Assembly: GCA_013374855.1 (NCBI GenBank)
Contig: CP055308.1
Span: forward strand, 597,310-661,309
Source of the DNA: Candidatus Woesebacteria bacterium
Lineage (GTDB): Bacteria; Patescibacteriota; Microgenomatia; UBA8517
DNA length: 64,000 nt
Direction: 5' to 3'
The notes under the pieces are model-generated. The model did not search any database and was not told where the DNA came from. It saw only the letters and a list, made by a program, of their open reading frames with translations. The position numbers and the translations under genes are program-made. Below are positions 46,200-55,352 of this stretch, piece by piece (within the stretch, counting starts at the first letter, position 1; every line of letters begins with the position of its first letter).

Positions 46200-47180
46200 A
46201 TGCAGGAAAATCCTTTGGTTATTCACTTGTTGCTTTATTTAATTTCTTTTGTTGGTGTTTGGATTGGGTCTGGCTTTGTAATACGGTCAATTGAAGCTCT
46301 TTCTCGAAGTATCAAGGTATCTTCCTTTGCTGTTTCTTTTTTGGTCCTTGGTTTCTTTACTTCAATTAGCGAGCTATCAGTGGGTGTGAATTCTATCCTT
46401 GAGAATGATCCGGAGATTTATGTTGGAAACTTAATTGGAGCTTCTGTGGTGCTTTTTCTTCTTGTTATTCCTCTTTTGGCGATATTCGGAAGTTCTATCC
46501 ATGTAGCTCCTGAGTTTCGTGGTTTTAATCTAGCAGCGTCATTGCTTGTAGTCGCTGTTCCAGCAGTTGCTGTGATGGACGGAGATGTAAATGCTACTGA
46601 TGGAATGATTTCTCTTGTTCTTTTTGTATTTCTTCTTGTAAGTGTTCAAATGAGAAAAGGACTAATTGAAAGAATTGATAATCTTAAGAAAGGCTTTGCA
46701 ATTAAGGTTAAAAATGAGCTCTTGAAGATTGTTTTTGGAGTTGTGGTTGTTTTTGTCTCAAGCCGATTTATCGTTCAGGAGACACTTTATTTTGCTTCTA
46801 GTTTGTCTGTTTCTCCGTTTTTAATTAGTCTTTTAATGGTATCTATTGGAACAAATGTTCCCGAACTGTCTTTGGTGGCAAGGTCAATTTTTGTGCGAAA
46901 TCATCAGGTTGCTTTTGGGGATTATGTAGGATCGGCTTGTTTTAATACTTTTTTGTTTGGTCTTTTGACGAAGATATACGGGCAAAAATTTTATCTGACC
47001 AATAGCTATGTAGTGAGTCTTCTTTTTCTGATAGTAGGCCTTATTGCTTTTTACTTTTTTGCCAAGAGTAAGAATACTATTTCCCGTTTTGAGGGATTGA
47101 TTTTGCTTTTGCTTTATTTTCTGTTTTTAGCTACTGAGATTTATCTTCACAAAAGCCTTATGTTTTGGAGTGGAGGATAA
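46200..47180 (+). CDS. Na+/Ca2+ (cation/Ca2+) exchanger, CaCA family (YrbG-like)
   Basis: Two alpha-repeats: GNLIGASVVLFLLVIPL and GDYVGSACFNTFLFGLL. About 10 TM helices. Confidence 0.75.
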   Translation: MQENPLVIHLLLYLISFVGVWIGSGFVIRSIEALSRSIKVSSFAVSFLVLGFFTSISELSVGVNSILENDPEIYVGNLIGASVVLFLLVIPLLAIFGSSIHVAPEFRGFNLAASLLVVAVPAVAVMDGDVNATDGMISLVLFVFLLVSVQMRKGLIERIDNLKKGFAIKVKNELLKIVFGVVVVFVSSRFIVQETLYFASSLSVSPFLISLLMVSIGTNVPELSLVARSIFVRNHQVAFGDYVGSACFNTFLFGLLTKIYGQKFYLTNSYVVSLLFLIVGLIAFYFFAKSKNTISRFEGLILLLLYFLFLATEIYLHKSLMFWSGG

Positions 47181-49651
47181 GGATGACGAATTTTGAATTT
47201 TCTGGTCTTTCGGAAAAAGAGACTAAACTTAGGATAGAAAAATATGGTTTTAACTTGTTGCCTGAAAAACCGTCTCCATCAATTTTTACGCTTTTTTTGA
47301 AACAGATTCAGAGTCCTTTGGTTTATGTACTTTTGATTGCTCTTTTTCTAACCCTTGTTATTGGTAGCTTTAAGGATTCTTTGGTTATATTTATTGCTGT
47401 TTTGATAAATAGTATTTTAGGTCTGGTTCAAGAAAAAAAGGCAAATGATGCTTTGGTATCTTTAAAAGCTTATGAATCGAAGACTTCTGTTGTTTTGAGG
47501 GATGGGAGGAGGATAGAAATAGATTCTTCTAGTATAGTTCCTGGAGACATTGTTTTTCTAAGGCAAGGCGATAAAGTTCCTGCGGATGGTATATTACTTG
47601 AGGCGAATAGATTATTTGTAGATGAGTCTGTAATTACGGGAGAAAGCACAGCTGTTGTAAAAGAAAATAAGAGTGAGGTTTTTATGGGATCTTCAGTAAT
47701 TTCTGGTATCGGTTATATGAGAGTTTTTTCAACTGGAAAAAATACAGTTATGGGGAAGATAGCCCTTCAGGTTCAAGAGAAAAAAGAAGAAACACCTCTT
47801 CAGGTTAAACTAAAATTTTTCAGTCGTCAACTAGTTTTTGTAATTTTAATTTTACTGTTTTTTGTTTTCTTGTTAGGGTTGATTAAAGGTTTTAGATTAG
47901 TTGAAATTTTTACGGTGTCTGTTGCTTTGGCTGTCTCGAGTATACCCGAAGGACTTCTTGTTGCCTTAACTGTTATTCTTTCTGTGGGTATGCAAAGAAT
48001 CTTAAAAATGAATGGGTTGGTTAGAAGTTTAGTTGCTGCTGAAACTTTAGGTTCGGTCTCGGTTGTTTGTATTGATAAAACAGGAACAATTACCGAAGGC
48101 AATATGAAAGTTGTTGAGGTTGTGGGAGACAAAGAGAAAATAGCCACTCAATCTTTGATTGCAAATGATCTAGATGATCCTTTGGTTGTTACTGTCTACA
48201 ATTGGGCAAAAGATTATTTGGGTGATATTGACATTGGAAATTATGAAAGAGTGGATAGCGTGCCTTTTTCTTCTAGTAAACGCTACTTTGCTAGTCTGAA
48301 TAGGTGGAAAAATAACAAAAAAAGGCTTTTTGTAAATGGGGCTCCTGAGATTTTGGTTTCTAGATGTAATTTATCTGAAGGGGAAAAACGAAAAATTAGT
48401 TTTTTGGTTGATGAACTAGCTTCAAAAGGTATGAGATTAATTGGCTTTGCTTTTTCTGATTTTGGTAGGAATAAGAGGAAGATATTAGAATCTGATCTTG
48501 AGAGTGGTCTTTCCTGGTTGGGTTTGATTGCTCTTTATGATCCTGTCAGAAAAGGCGTATCTGAAATTTTTCAAAAAGCAAAAATAGCGGGTATTAGATT
48601 TATTGTTATCACTGGCGATTATCCTAAAACTGCTGAGTTTGTTTTGAAAGAAATTGGTGTTGATCTTAAGGATGATGAGATTCTGACAGGTAAAGATGTT
48701 AGTCTGATGAGTTTGAAGGAACTATCTAAAGCTGTTGCAAAAGTGAAGCTTTTTGCAAGAACCACACCTGAACAAAAGTTAAAAATAGTCGAAGCTCTTA
48801 AGAAAAATGGTGAAGTCGTTGCTATGATGGGAGATGGTGTAAATGATGCACCTGCTCTTCATAAAGCCGATATTGGTGTTGCTGTATCTGAGGCAACAGA
48901 TGTTGCTAAAGAATCTTCCGATTTGGTTCTGCTTGATTCAAATTTTGCTACAATTGTTCTAGCTATAGAAGAAGGAAGAGTTATCTTTGAAAATATAAGA
49001 AAGGTGATAGTTTATCTTTTGGCCGATTCTTTTGCTGAAATTTTTGTTATTTTGACCTGTGTTGCTTTGGGTTTACCATTGGCTCTTATTCCTATACATA
49101 TTTTGTGGATTAATTTAGTTTCTGATGGTTTCCCCAGCCTTGCTTTGACGGTAGATCCTAAAAGGAAAGATATTATGAACGAGCCGCCAAGAAGTTTATC
49201 TGAAAAAATAGTTACAGATTGGATGATAGGAATTATTGGAATTATTAGTCTTTCGGCTTCTTTTTTGGCATTTATTTATTTTTATTTTACTTATCGAATT
49301 ACAGAAGACATTATTCTTGCTAGATCATTTGCTTTTCTTGCTTTAGGATTGAATTCTCTTATCTATGTTTTCTCAGTTAGAGGGTTATTGAAACCTTTCT
49401 GGAAGGTTAATTTTTTCGAAAATAGATGGCTTTTGATTGCTGTTTTTCTAGGTTTTATTTTACAATTTGTTCCTTTTTCTACACAAATTACAAGGGATTT
49501 GTTTGGTCTGGCAAGGCTTAATTTATTTTATTGGGTCCTTGCTTTTTTTGGATCTATTGTAATGTTCTTTGTAATGGAAGGTTTTAAATTCTTATATAGT
49601 ATTTATGCTAGAAAACTTCCTTTAAATAAGATTTTTTCTTATCAAGGATAG
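47165..49651 (+). CDS. P-type cation-transporting ATPase (P2-type, Ca2+-pump-like)
   Basis: TGES, CIDKTGTIT (phosphorylation site), GDGVNDAPAL, 10 TM helices. The start overlaps the exchanger by 16 nt. Confidence 0.85.
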   Translation: MEWRIRMTNFEFSGLSEKETKLRIEKYGFNLLPEKPSPSIFTLFLKQIQSPLVYVLLIALFLTLVIGSFKDSLVIFIAVLINSILGLVQEKKANDALVSLKAYESKTSVVLRDGRRIEIDSSSIVPGDIVFLRQGDKVPADGILLEANRLFVDESVITGESTAVVKENKSEVFMGSSVISGIGYMRVFSTGKNTVMGKIALQVQEKKEETPLQVKLKFFSRQLVFVILILLFFVFLLGLIKGFRLVEIFTVSVALAVSSIPEGLLVALTVILSVGMQRILKMNGLVRSLVAAETLGSVSVVCIDKTGTITEGNMKVVEVVGDKEKIATQSLIANDLDDPLVVTVYNWAKDYLGDIDIGNYERVDSVPFSSSKRYFASLNRWKNNKKRLFVNGAPEILVSRCNLSEGEKRKISFLVDELASKGMRLIGFAFSDFGRNKRKILESDLESGLSWLGLIALYDPVRKGVSEIFQKAKIAGIRFIVITGDYPKTAEFVLKEIGVDLKDDEILTGKDVSLMSLKELSKAVAKVKLFARTTPEQKLKIVEALKKNGEVVAMMGDGVNDAPALHKADIGVAVSEATDVAKESSDLVLLDSNFATIVLAIEEGRVIFENIRKVIVYLLADSFAEIFVILTCVALGLPLALIPIHILWINLVSDGFPSLALTVDPKRKDIMNEPPRSLSEKIVTDWMIGIIGIISLSASFLAFIYFYFTYRITEDIILARSFAFLALGLNSLIYVFSVRGLLKPFWKVNFFENRWLLIAVFLGFILQFVPFSTQITRDLFGLARLNLFYWVLAFFGSIVMFFVMEGFKFLYSIYARKLPLNKIFSYQG

Positions 49652-49732
49652 AAAGGGTTTTTTGGAAATACAGAGGGCTTGCGTGCTAACATCAAGATGT
49701 TGCCTTTTCTTATTTGATTACAAAGGGTCTTG

Positions 49733-49804
49733 AGCAGCGGACCGGATTCGAACCGGCGACCTTCTCCTTGGGAAGGAGACATTCTACCACTGAACTACCG
49801 CTGC
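49733..49804 (-). tRNA. tRNA-Gly (anticodon CCC), CCA not encoded
   Basis: Reverse complement: acceptor GCAGCGG/CCGCTGC, D-arm GTTC…GAAT, anticodon stem TCTCC/GGAGA with loop TTCCCAA, T-arm GCCGG TTCGAAT CCGGT, discriminator T. Confidence 0.85.
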
Positions 49805-49899
49805 AGAAATGGTAGCTTTATGCCATTTTTTCAATTTCTCCAACAAACTTTCTAACCAATTCTAAAGATATGCCTACTTCTTCTATTAATTATAGCAGA

Positions 49900-50454
49900 C
49901 TATCTTGGTATAACCAAGACATTGCCTGAATGAATCAGATTAGGGTTTGCTAGCTTGTTGGCTCTTGCAATATCTACCCACCTGTAGCCGTCTCCGTAAG
50001 CCCTAACTGCTATTTTCCAGAGATTGTCTCCTTTGACAACGGTGTAGGTGTCTTTTTCAATTTTTTCTGCTGGTTTTAATATGGTTGTTGTTTTCTTTTC
50101 AACTTGGGGCAATTTTAATTCCTGCCCTTCTTCTATTAGGTTTGGATTTTTTATGTTGTTTGCTTTTGCAATATCAATCCAATTATAGCCTGAACCGTAA
50201 GCTTCTTCTGCTATAGTCCAAAGACTTTGTCCTTTTTTTACGGTATAAATCCCTTCCTTTTTTTCTTCTTTTTGCTGTTCTTCTATTTGAGTTTGACCAG
50301 CAGGTGCTATTTTTCCTTCCTTGCCTCCTTTTTTGAAGTAGTTAAAGACCAATGCCACAGCCAAGATAACCACAGCTATTCCCAATATTGTGCTTATGGT
50401 TTCTTCGTTTAATTTTATTGCTTTAAGGATTTTTTTAATGTCCAATTTTTTCAC
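49900..50454 (-). CDS. Membrane-anchored protein with two LysM peptidoglycan-binding repeats
   Basis: N-terminal TM, then two LysM units: YTVKKGQSLWTIAEEAYGSGYNWIDIAKANNI…LKLP and YTVVKGDNLWKIAVRAYGDGYRWVDIARANKL…LVIP. Confidence 0.75.
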   Translation of the reverse strand: MKKLDIKKILKAIKLNEETISTILGIAVVILAVALVFNYFKKGGKEGKIAPAGQTQIEEQQKEEKKEGIYTVKKGQSLWTIAEEAYGSGYNWIDIAKANNIKNPNLIEEGQELKLPQVEKKTTTILKPAEKIEKDTYTVVKGDNLWKIAVRAYGDGYRWVDIARANKLANPNLIHSGNVLVIPR

Positions 50455-50542
50455 CCCCTTTTCTTGCGGGGCAGGAGTTGGTTAAAATTTAGTTTAATTG
50501 GGTTTGATTGTCAAGTGTTTTTGATGTTAAAATAAGTTGCTT

Positions 50543-50616
50543 GGGGTTGTAGCTCAGTCGGCTAGAGCGTCCGCCTGTCACGCGGAAGGTCGCGGGTTCG
50601 AGTCCCGTCAGCCCCG
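50543..50616 (+). tRNA. tRNA-Asp (anticodon GTC), CCA not encoded
   Basis: Acceptor GGGGTTG/CAGCCCC, D-arm GCTC AGTCGGCTA GAGC, anticodon stem TCCGC/GCGGA with loop CTGTCAC, T-arm GCGGG TTCGAGT CCCGT, discriminator G. Confidence 0.9.
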
Positions 50617-50693
50617 CCTCAAAAGAGATTTTCTTTCTCGTTTGGATTCCTCTTCATTAAATTCTTTTTAAGGGGTGGTAGAATTAAACATAT

Positions 50694-51503
50694 ATGTCTT
50701 TGCAAAAGAAAATTTTATATTTTGGCATTTTTCCGGTTTTTCTTTTATTTTTCCTTTTCTTGATTGGTAATTCTTTCAATTCAGGCGATTCTATGCCTTA
50801 TGGTGAATTTAATAAGGCTAGAGATGGTGCTTTTATGGTTACCAAGCAACCTGAGGTTAAAAGTGAACAGGCAGAAGGGGTTTCTTTTTCTTCAGATTCA
50901 ACTGATGAACTTGTAAAGGTAGTAAAAGTTATAGATGGGGATACAATTAAAATTGAAACAGGTGAGGTGGTGAGGCTTATAGGAATTGATGCTCCAGAAA
51001 CTCTTCATCCGTCAAAACCTGTTGCTTGTTTTGGCAAAGAGTCAAGTTTAAAGGCAAGAGAGATTATGGAGGGAGAGTTTGTAGAGTTGGAGAAGGATGT
51101 TTCGGATAGAGATAAATATGGAAGGTTGCTTCGGTATGTTTGGAAAAAAGAAGCACTTATAAATGAAATTTTGGTTCGTGAGGGATATGCTATGGTTTCC
51201 ACTTATCCGCCTAATATTAAGTATCAGAATAGGCTTTTGGAGGCGCAAAAATTAGCAAGGGAAGAAAATAAGGGTTTGTGGGCAGAGTGTAACGGTAAGG
51301 AAGATAGCACAGAAACCGAAGAACCATCTGTCACAAAAAGGCAATCAACTCATTTTGGCACTGTTTCTTATATATGTGATTGTTCAAAAACTTGTAATAA
51401 AATAACCTCGTGCGAGGAGGCTCAATACCAACTTGAAGCTTGTGGATGCAAAGCTCGTGATGGTGATGGGGATGGAATAGCCTGTGATTCATTGTGTCAG
51501 TAG
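50694..51503 (+). CDS. Membrane-anchored/secreted thermonuclease (SNase-like) with C-terminal Excalibur Ca2+-binding domain
   Basis: VVKVIDGDTIKIETGEVVRLIGIDAPE…GRLLRYVW…EGYA (staphylococcal-nuclease fold). C-terminal Cys-rich tail with DGDGDGIACD (Excalibur DxDxDGxxC motif). Confidence 0.75.
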   Translation: MSLQKKILYFGIFPVFLLFFLFLIGNSFNSGDSMPYGEFNKARDGAFMVTKQPEVKSEQAEGVSFSSDSTDELVKVVKVIDGDTIKIETGEVVRLIGIDAPETLHPSKPVACFGKESSLKAREIMEGEFVELEKDVSDRDKYGRLLRYVWKKEALINEILVREGYAMVSTYPPNIKYQNRLLEAQKLAREENKGLWAECNGKEDSTETEEPSVTKRQSTHFGTVSYICDCSKTCNKITSCEEAQYQLEACGCKARDGDGDGIACDSLCQ

Positions 51504-51650
51504 ATTTTTTTTGAGTATAATGATTTCGTAGAATCGTTTAGTTTCAGGCTTACAAGTTTTTTAAGTTATCAGGGATTAATGTGGCATATTTGAATTTCTT
51601 TTTTGAAAGTTAGTCACATTGAGATGTTCTTTTTGTTAAAGCGGAAGTCA

Positions 51651-53129
51651 ATGAGAAACAGAAAAGTTATTGTTGTTGGAGCTGGAATTTCTGGTCTTGC
51701 TACGGCTGCTCTCCTTGCAAAAGATGGTTATAATGTTACTGTATTGGAGAAGAATTCTTTTGTAGGGGGGTAGGGCCAGTTTTTTCCAAGAAGCGGGGTA
51801 CTTTTTTGATAAAGGTCCATCTTGGTATATGATGCCTGAAGTTTTTGAAGACTTCTTTGGTATTTTTGGTAAAAAGACTTCTGATTATTATGATTTGGAT
51901 AGATTAAGAATTCACCACAAGGTTTTTTTGGATAAAGGGAAGTCTTACTTGGTAAGTGATAATCTGAAGGAGAATCTGAAAATGTTTGAAAGTGTTGAGA
52001 AAGGAGCATCTTATAATTTAAGAAGGTATCTTGGGGAATGTGAGTTTGTTTATAGGGCAGCCATGAAGGATTTGGTGATGCTTGATTATTCTGATTTTTT
52101 ACAGATTGTAAATCCAAAGGTTTTCTACTATTTTTTCCGTTTCAGACTTCTTAGTAATTTGCATTCTTATGTAAGTGGGTATTTCAAGAATAAGGATTTA
52201 CAGAAAATTCTTGAATTTACAACGGTTTTTCTGGGGGGATCTCCTTATAATACACCCGCCTTTTATTCTTTGGTTTCTCATGCTGATTTTAATTTGGGTG
52301 TTTTTTATCCTAAGGGAGGAATGTATCAGGTTGTTAAAGCATTGGTTTCTTTGTGTAAGGAATATGGTGTGAATATAATTACTGATTGTGAAGTTAAAAA
52401 GTTAGTGTGGTTGATGGTTTAATAAAAGAAATTAAAGCAGGTGGCGAGATTTTCTTTTTTGATATTTTTGTTTGTTCTGCTGACTATAGAAATTTTGAGG
52501 TTAATCTTTTGCCAAAGGAAAGTCAAACTTATCCTGAGGAGTATTGGGAGAAGAGGACACTTTCTCCTGGAGCCTTTATTATATATTTGGGTATAGGTAG
52601 AAAGTTAAAGAATGTAGAACATCATAATCTTTATTTTAACGAAAGTTGGGAAGAACATTTTGATGATGTTTTTAAACAAAAGAAATGGCCAGAAAAGCCG
52701 TCCTATTATGTTCATGTACCTTCCAAAACAGATCCAAGTGTTGCGCCTTCTGGTGGTGAAACCTTGATGTTTTTAGTGCCTGTTGCCGCTGGTCTTTTTG
52801 ATAATTCTGAAATTAGAGAATCTTTTGCTGAAAAAATAATCTCACATTTTGAAAGTTTAATAGGTCAAAAGATTTATCCGTTTATAAAGGTCAAGAGAAT
52901 ATACGCCCATAAAGATTTTATTAATGAATATAACTCTTTTAAAGGCTCCGCTTTTGGATTAGCACACACTTTGACTCAAACAGCATTTTTCAGGCCGAAA
53001 AATAAAAGTAGAAAATTAAAAAATCTTTATTATGTGGGTCAGTATACAAATCCGGGCATAGGTGTGCCTATTTGCTTATTATCTGCTCAAATTACCAGGA
53101 ATTTGATAAAAAGAGAGTATGGTAGATGA
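51651..53129 (+). pseudogene. crtI: Phytoene desaturase-like (CrtI-family FAD oxidoreductase) gene interrupted by two frameshifts
   Basis: N-terminus [40 protein letters not shown], then TAG at 51771 inside a G6 run (51765-51770). The reading frame resumes in +1 ([24 protein letters not shown]…) through 52422, then shifts again near 52405-52410 into the frame of ORF 52407-53129 (…SADY…YYVGQYTNPGIGVP). Confidence 0.7.
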
Positions 53130-53943
53130 TGTATATAAAAGGAAAACTAAAGATCGATCAACGACTTTTTACTATGCATCACTCTTTTTCCCAAGAGAAA
53201 GAAGGAATGATGTTTTTAAGCTTTATGCATTTTTACGAACAGCTGATGACATAGTTGATGAGAATAAAGATAAAAATTTATTTTTAAGTTTCAAGAAGGA
53301 AGTATACGATGGCATTGAAAATGAAACTTTTCCTTCAAAAGATCCTTTTATAGGTGGCTTTCTGGAAGTTTACAGGAAATATCGTTTCGAAAGGGAATAT
53401 ATAGATAGTTTTTTTGCTTCGCTTGAATATGATTTTAAAAAACCACTGCAGATAAAAGATCAAGCGGAATTGCAAAAGTATGTCTATGGAGTTGCTGGTG
53501 TGGTTGGTTTGATGATGGCAAAAATTTTGGGGTTGGAGCCTTCTTACTATAACGCTGCAAGGAAATTTGGTGAGCTTATGCAGATTGTGAATATAATAAG
53601 AGACATTAAATTTGATTATGATATGTACAGAATTTATATACCAAAGTCAGATATAGAAAGGTTTGGCTTATCTGATATTTCTGATTATAAAGAAAACAAA
53701 AAAAGGAAGGGTTTTGAAGAACTTTTAAGGTTTGAGATAGGTAATGTTTTAGAAGGAATAAATAGTTTATCTGGTGATATAGAGAAGATACCTAAGTCTT
53801 ATCGCCGACCAATAGAAATCTCAAGAGATGTTTACAAGAGTATAGCTAATGAAATTTATAAAAGCCCTACTTTAGTTTGGAGAAAAAAAATTCGACTTGA
53901 TAAACTTAGATTTTTTTTGATTATTTTAAAAAATTTATTTTAG
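53119..53943 (+). CDS. crtB: Phytoene/squalene synthase family (CrtB-like)
   Basis: YYASLFFPRERRNDVFKLYAFLRTADDIVDE (first Asp-rich motif), GELMQIVNIIRDIKFDYDMYRIYIP (second motif). Confidence 0.75.
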   Translation: MVDDVYKRKTKDRSTTFYYASLFFPRERRNDVFKLYAFLRTADDIVDENKDKNLFLSFKKEVYDGIENETFPSKDPFIGGFLEVYRKYRFEREYIDSFFASLEYDFKKPLQIKDQAELQKYVYGVAGVVGLMMAKILGLEPSYYNAARKFGELMQIVNIIRDIKFDYDMYRIYIPKSDIERFGLSDISDYKENKKRKGFEELLRFEIGNVLEGINSLSGDIEKIPKSYRRPIEISRDVYKSIANEIYKSPTLVWRKKIRLDKLRFFLIILKNLF

Positions 53944-53946
53944 ATT

Positions 53947-54651
53947 GTGATATCTGAGTATTTAGTTTTTAATTTAATTATTATTTTAGGGCCTGTTTTA
54001 GGGAGATTTTTCTATTCCAGATCAATTTTGCCAAAGACAAAGCAGATTATTTTTTCCATTTCTTTGGCTTCTTTATTTTTTGTTGTTTGGGATATTTTGG
54101 TTACAGATTACTTCTGGAGTTTTAATTATAAATACGTATTAGGTTATAAATTTGTAAATATTCCGGTTGAGGAGCTGTTATTTTTCTTTACAGTTCCTTA
54201 TGCCTGTCTTTTTTTATATGTTAATTTTAAGAATATGCTTAGGGAAAAAATTAGAATAACAATCTCTCCTTTTTATATTACATTTTTTTTAGTATTTTCT
54301 TTATTTTTATCTTTGTTATCCTTTTTTATAGGTAAATACTATACCTTTTCAGTGCTTTTGGTTTGGTCTTTAGTTTTGTTTTTTGACAAGTTTTTACTGA
54401 AGACTTGTGTTTCATTAAATTTGGTTTATTGGCTTTTTATTTTTATTGTCTTTTTTCTTACTTTATTTTTTAACTATTATCTAACAAGTCGTCCTGTGGT
54501 TTTGTACAACAAGGATTTTAATTTGAATCTTAATCTTTTAACAATTCCGGTTGAGGATTTTTTATATTCTTTTTCCTTGATTAGTTTAGTTGTTATTGTC
54601 TATGAGTTTTTACAGAGAGATTATTTGGGTGATTTTCATAAAAGCAAGTAG
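53947..54651 (+). CDS. Fused lycopene-cyclase-domain protein (CrtYcd-type, two tandem cyclase half-domains)
   Basis: 234-aa seven-helix membrane protein with a duplicated motif: NIPVEELLFFFTVPYACLFLY and LTIPVEDFLYSFSLISLVVIVYEF (the hPhEE motif of heterodimeric/fused lycopene cyclases). Confidence 0.6.
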   Translation: MISEYLVFNLIIILGPVLGRFFYSRSILPKTKQIIFSISLASLFFVVWDILVTDYFWSFNYKYVLGYKFVNIPVEELLFFFTVPYACLFLYVNFKNMLREKIRITISPFYITFFLVFSLFLSLLSFFIGKYYTFSVLLVWSLVLFFDKFLLKTCVSLNLVYWLFIFIVFFLTLFFNYYLTSRPVVLYNKDFNLNLNLLTIPVEDFLYSFSLISLVVIVYEFLQRDYLGDFHKSK

Positions 54652-54653
54652 AT

Positions 54654-55157
54654 ATGAAAAGGAAAGTTGTAGTTAATGATAAGATGCAAAAAAATTATGT
54701 TTATTACCTTACAGAAAAACCAGGGGAAAATTTTGATCCTGAATTTAAACCTGATCTTACACCCAAAGAGATGCTTGAGCTCGGCGTATTTGGTGGTAGG
54801 TATATGACCGATTGCCAAAATGAGTTTCCTAGAGACTGGTTTTCTAAAGCGAAATTGTGTTCTGAAAAGCACGATCCTAATCTTAATTTTTTTGGAGTTA
54901 ATGCCAGTCAACCTTTGTCTATTTGGCGCGAGAGAGGTTGGATTCATCCGGATGATCCACGGGGTTGGTTTCAGTGGTATTGTCGTTACTATATGGGCAG
55001 AAGACACCCGGATGATAAAAGACAGATTAGACGTTGGAAAGCCATGAAGAGGCATGTAGCACAGATTAAGAAGCATTGTAGACCTTTTGATTTGAATTGT
55101 AGGAGGAAACAAAGACAAGCTCTACTTCATTGGGCATATGATTCTAGGAAGATTTAG
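54654..55157 (+). CDS. Conserved hypothetical Cys/Trp/Arg-rich basic protein
   Basis: 167 aa: …GVFGGRYMTDC…GWIHPDDPRGWFQWYCRYYMGRRHPDDKRQIRRWKA…KKHCRPFDLNCRRK. No confident family assignment from sequence alone. Confidence 0.4.
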   Translation: MKRKVVVNDKMQKNYVYYLTEKPGENFDPEFKPDLTPKEMLELGVFGGRYMTDCQNEFPRDWFSKAKLCSEKHDPNLNFFGVNASQPLSIWRERGWIHPDDPRGWFQWYCRYYMGRRHPDDKRQIRRWKAMKRHVAQIKKHCRPFDLNCRRKQRQALLHWAYDSRKI

Positions 55158-55352
55158 CTATAAAACTCAATACAGTTGATATTTTTTTGTGATTGGTGGG
55201 AGTCAAGAAAACTTTAACATATGCTGTTGATTTTTATTTTTTATTTGTCGGTATTATTCTTTTAATTTTTGTATGTAGCCTAATTAGATTTACTAAATTT
55301 TACAAATGCTTTTTGTTGATTTTATCTTTAAAATGTATAACATAGATTAACT

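Noticed and set aside
51624-51650. Alternative upstream ATG (51624) for the crtI-like gene.
   Set aside because: It would add MFFLLKRKS before the Rossmann GxGxxG start. The 51651 ATG gives the canonical N-terminus with a GGAAG-like RBS.
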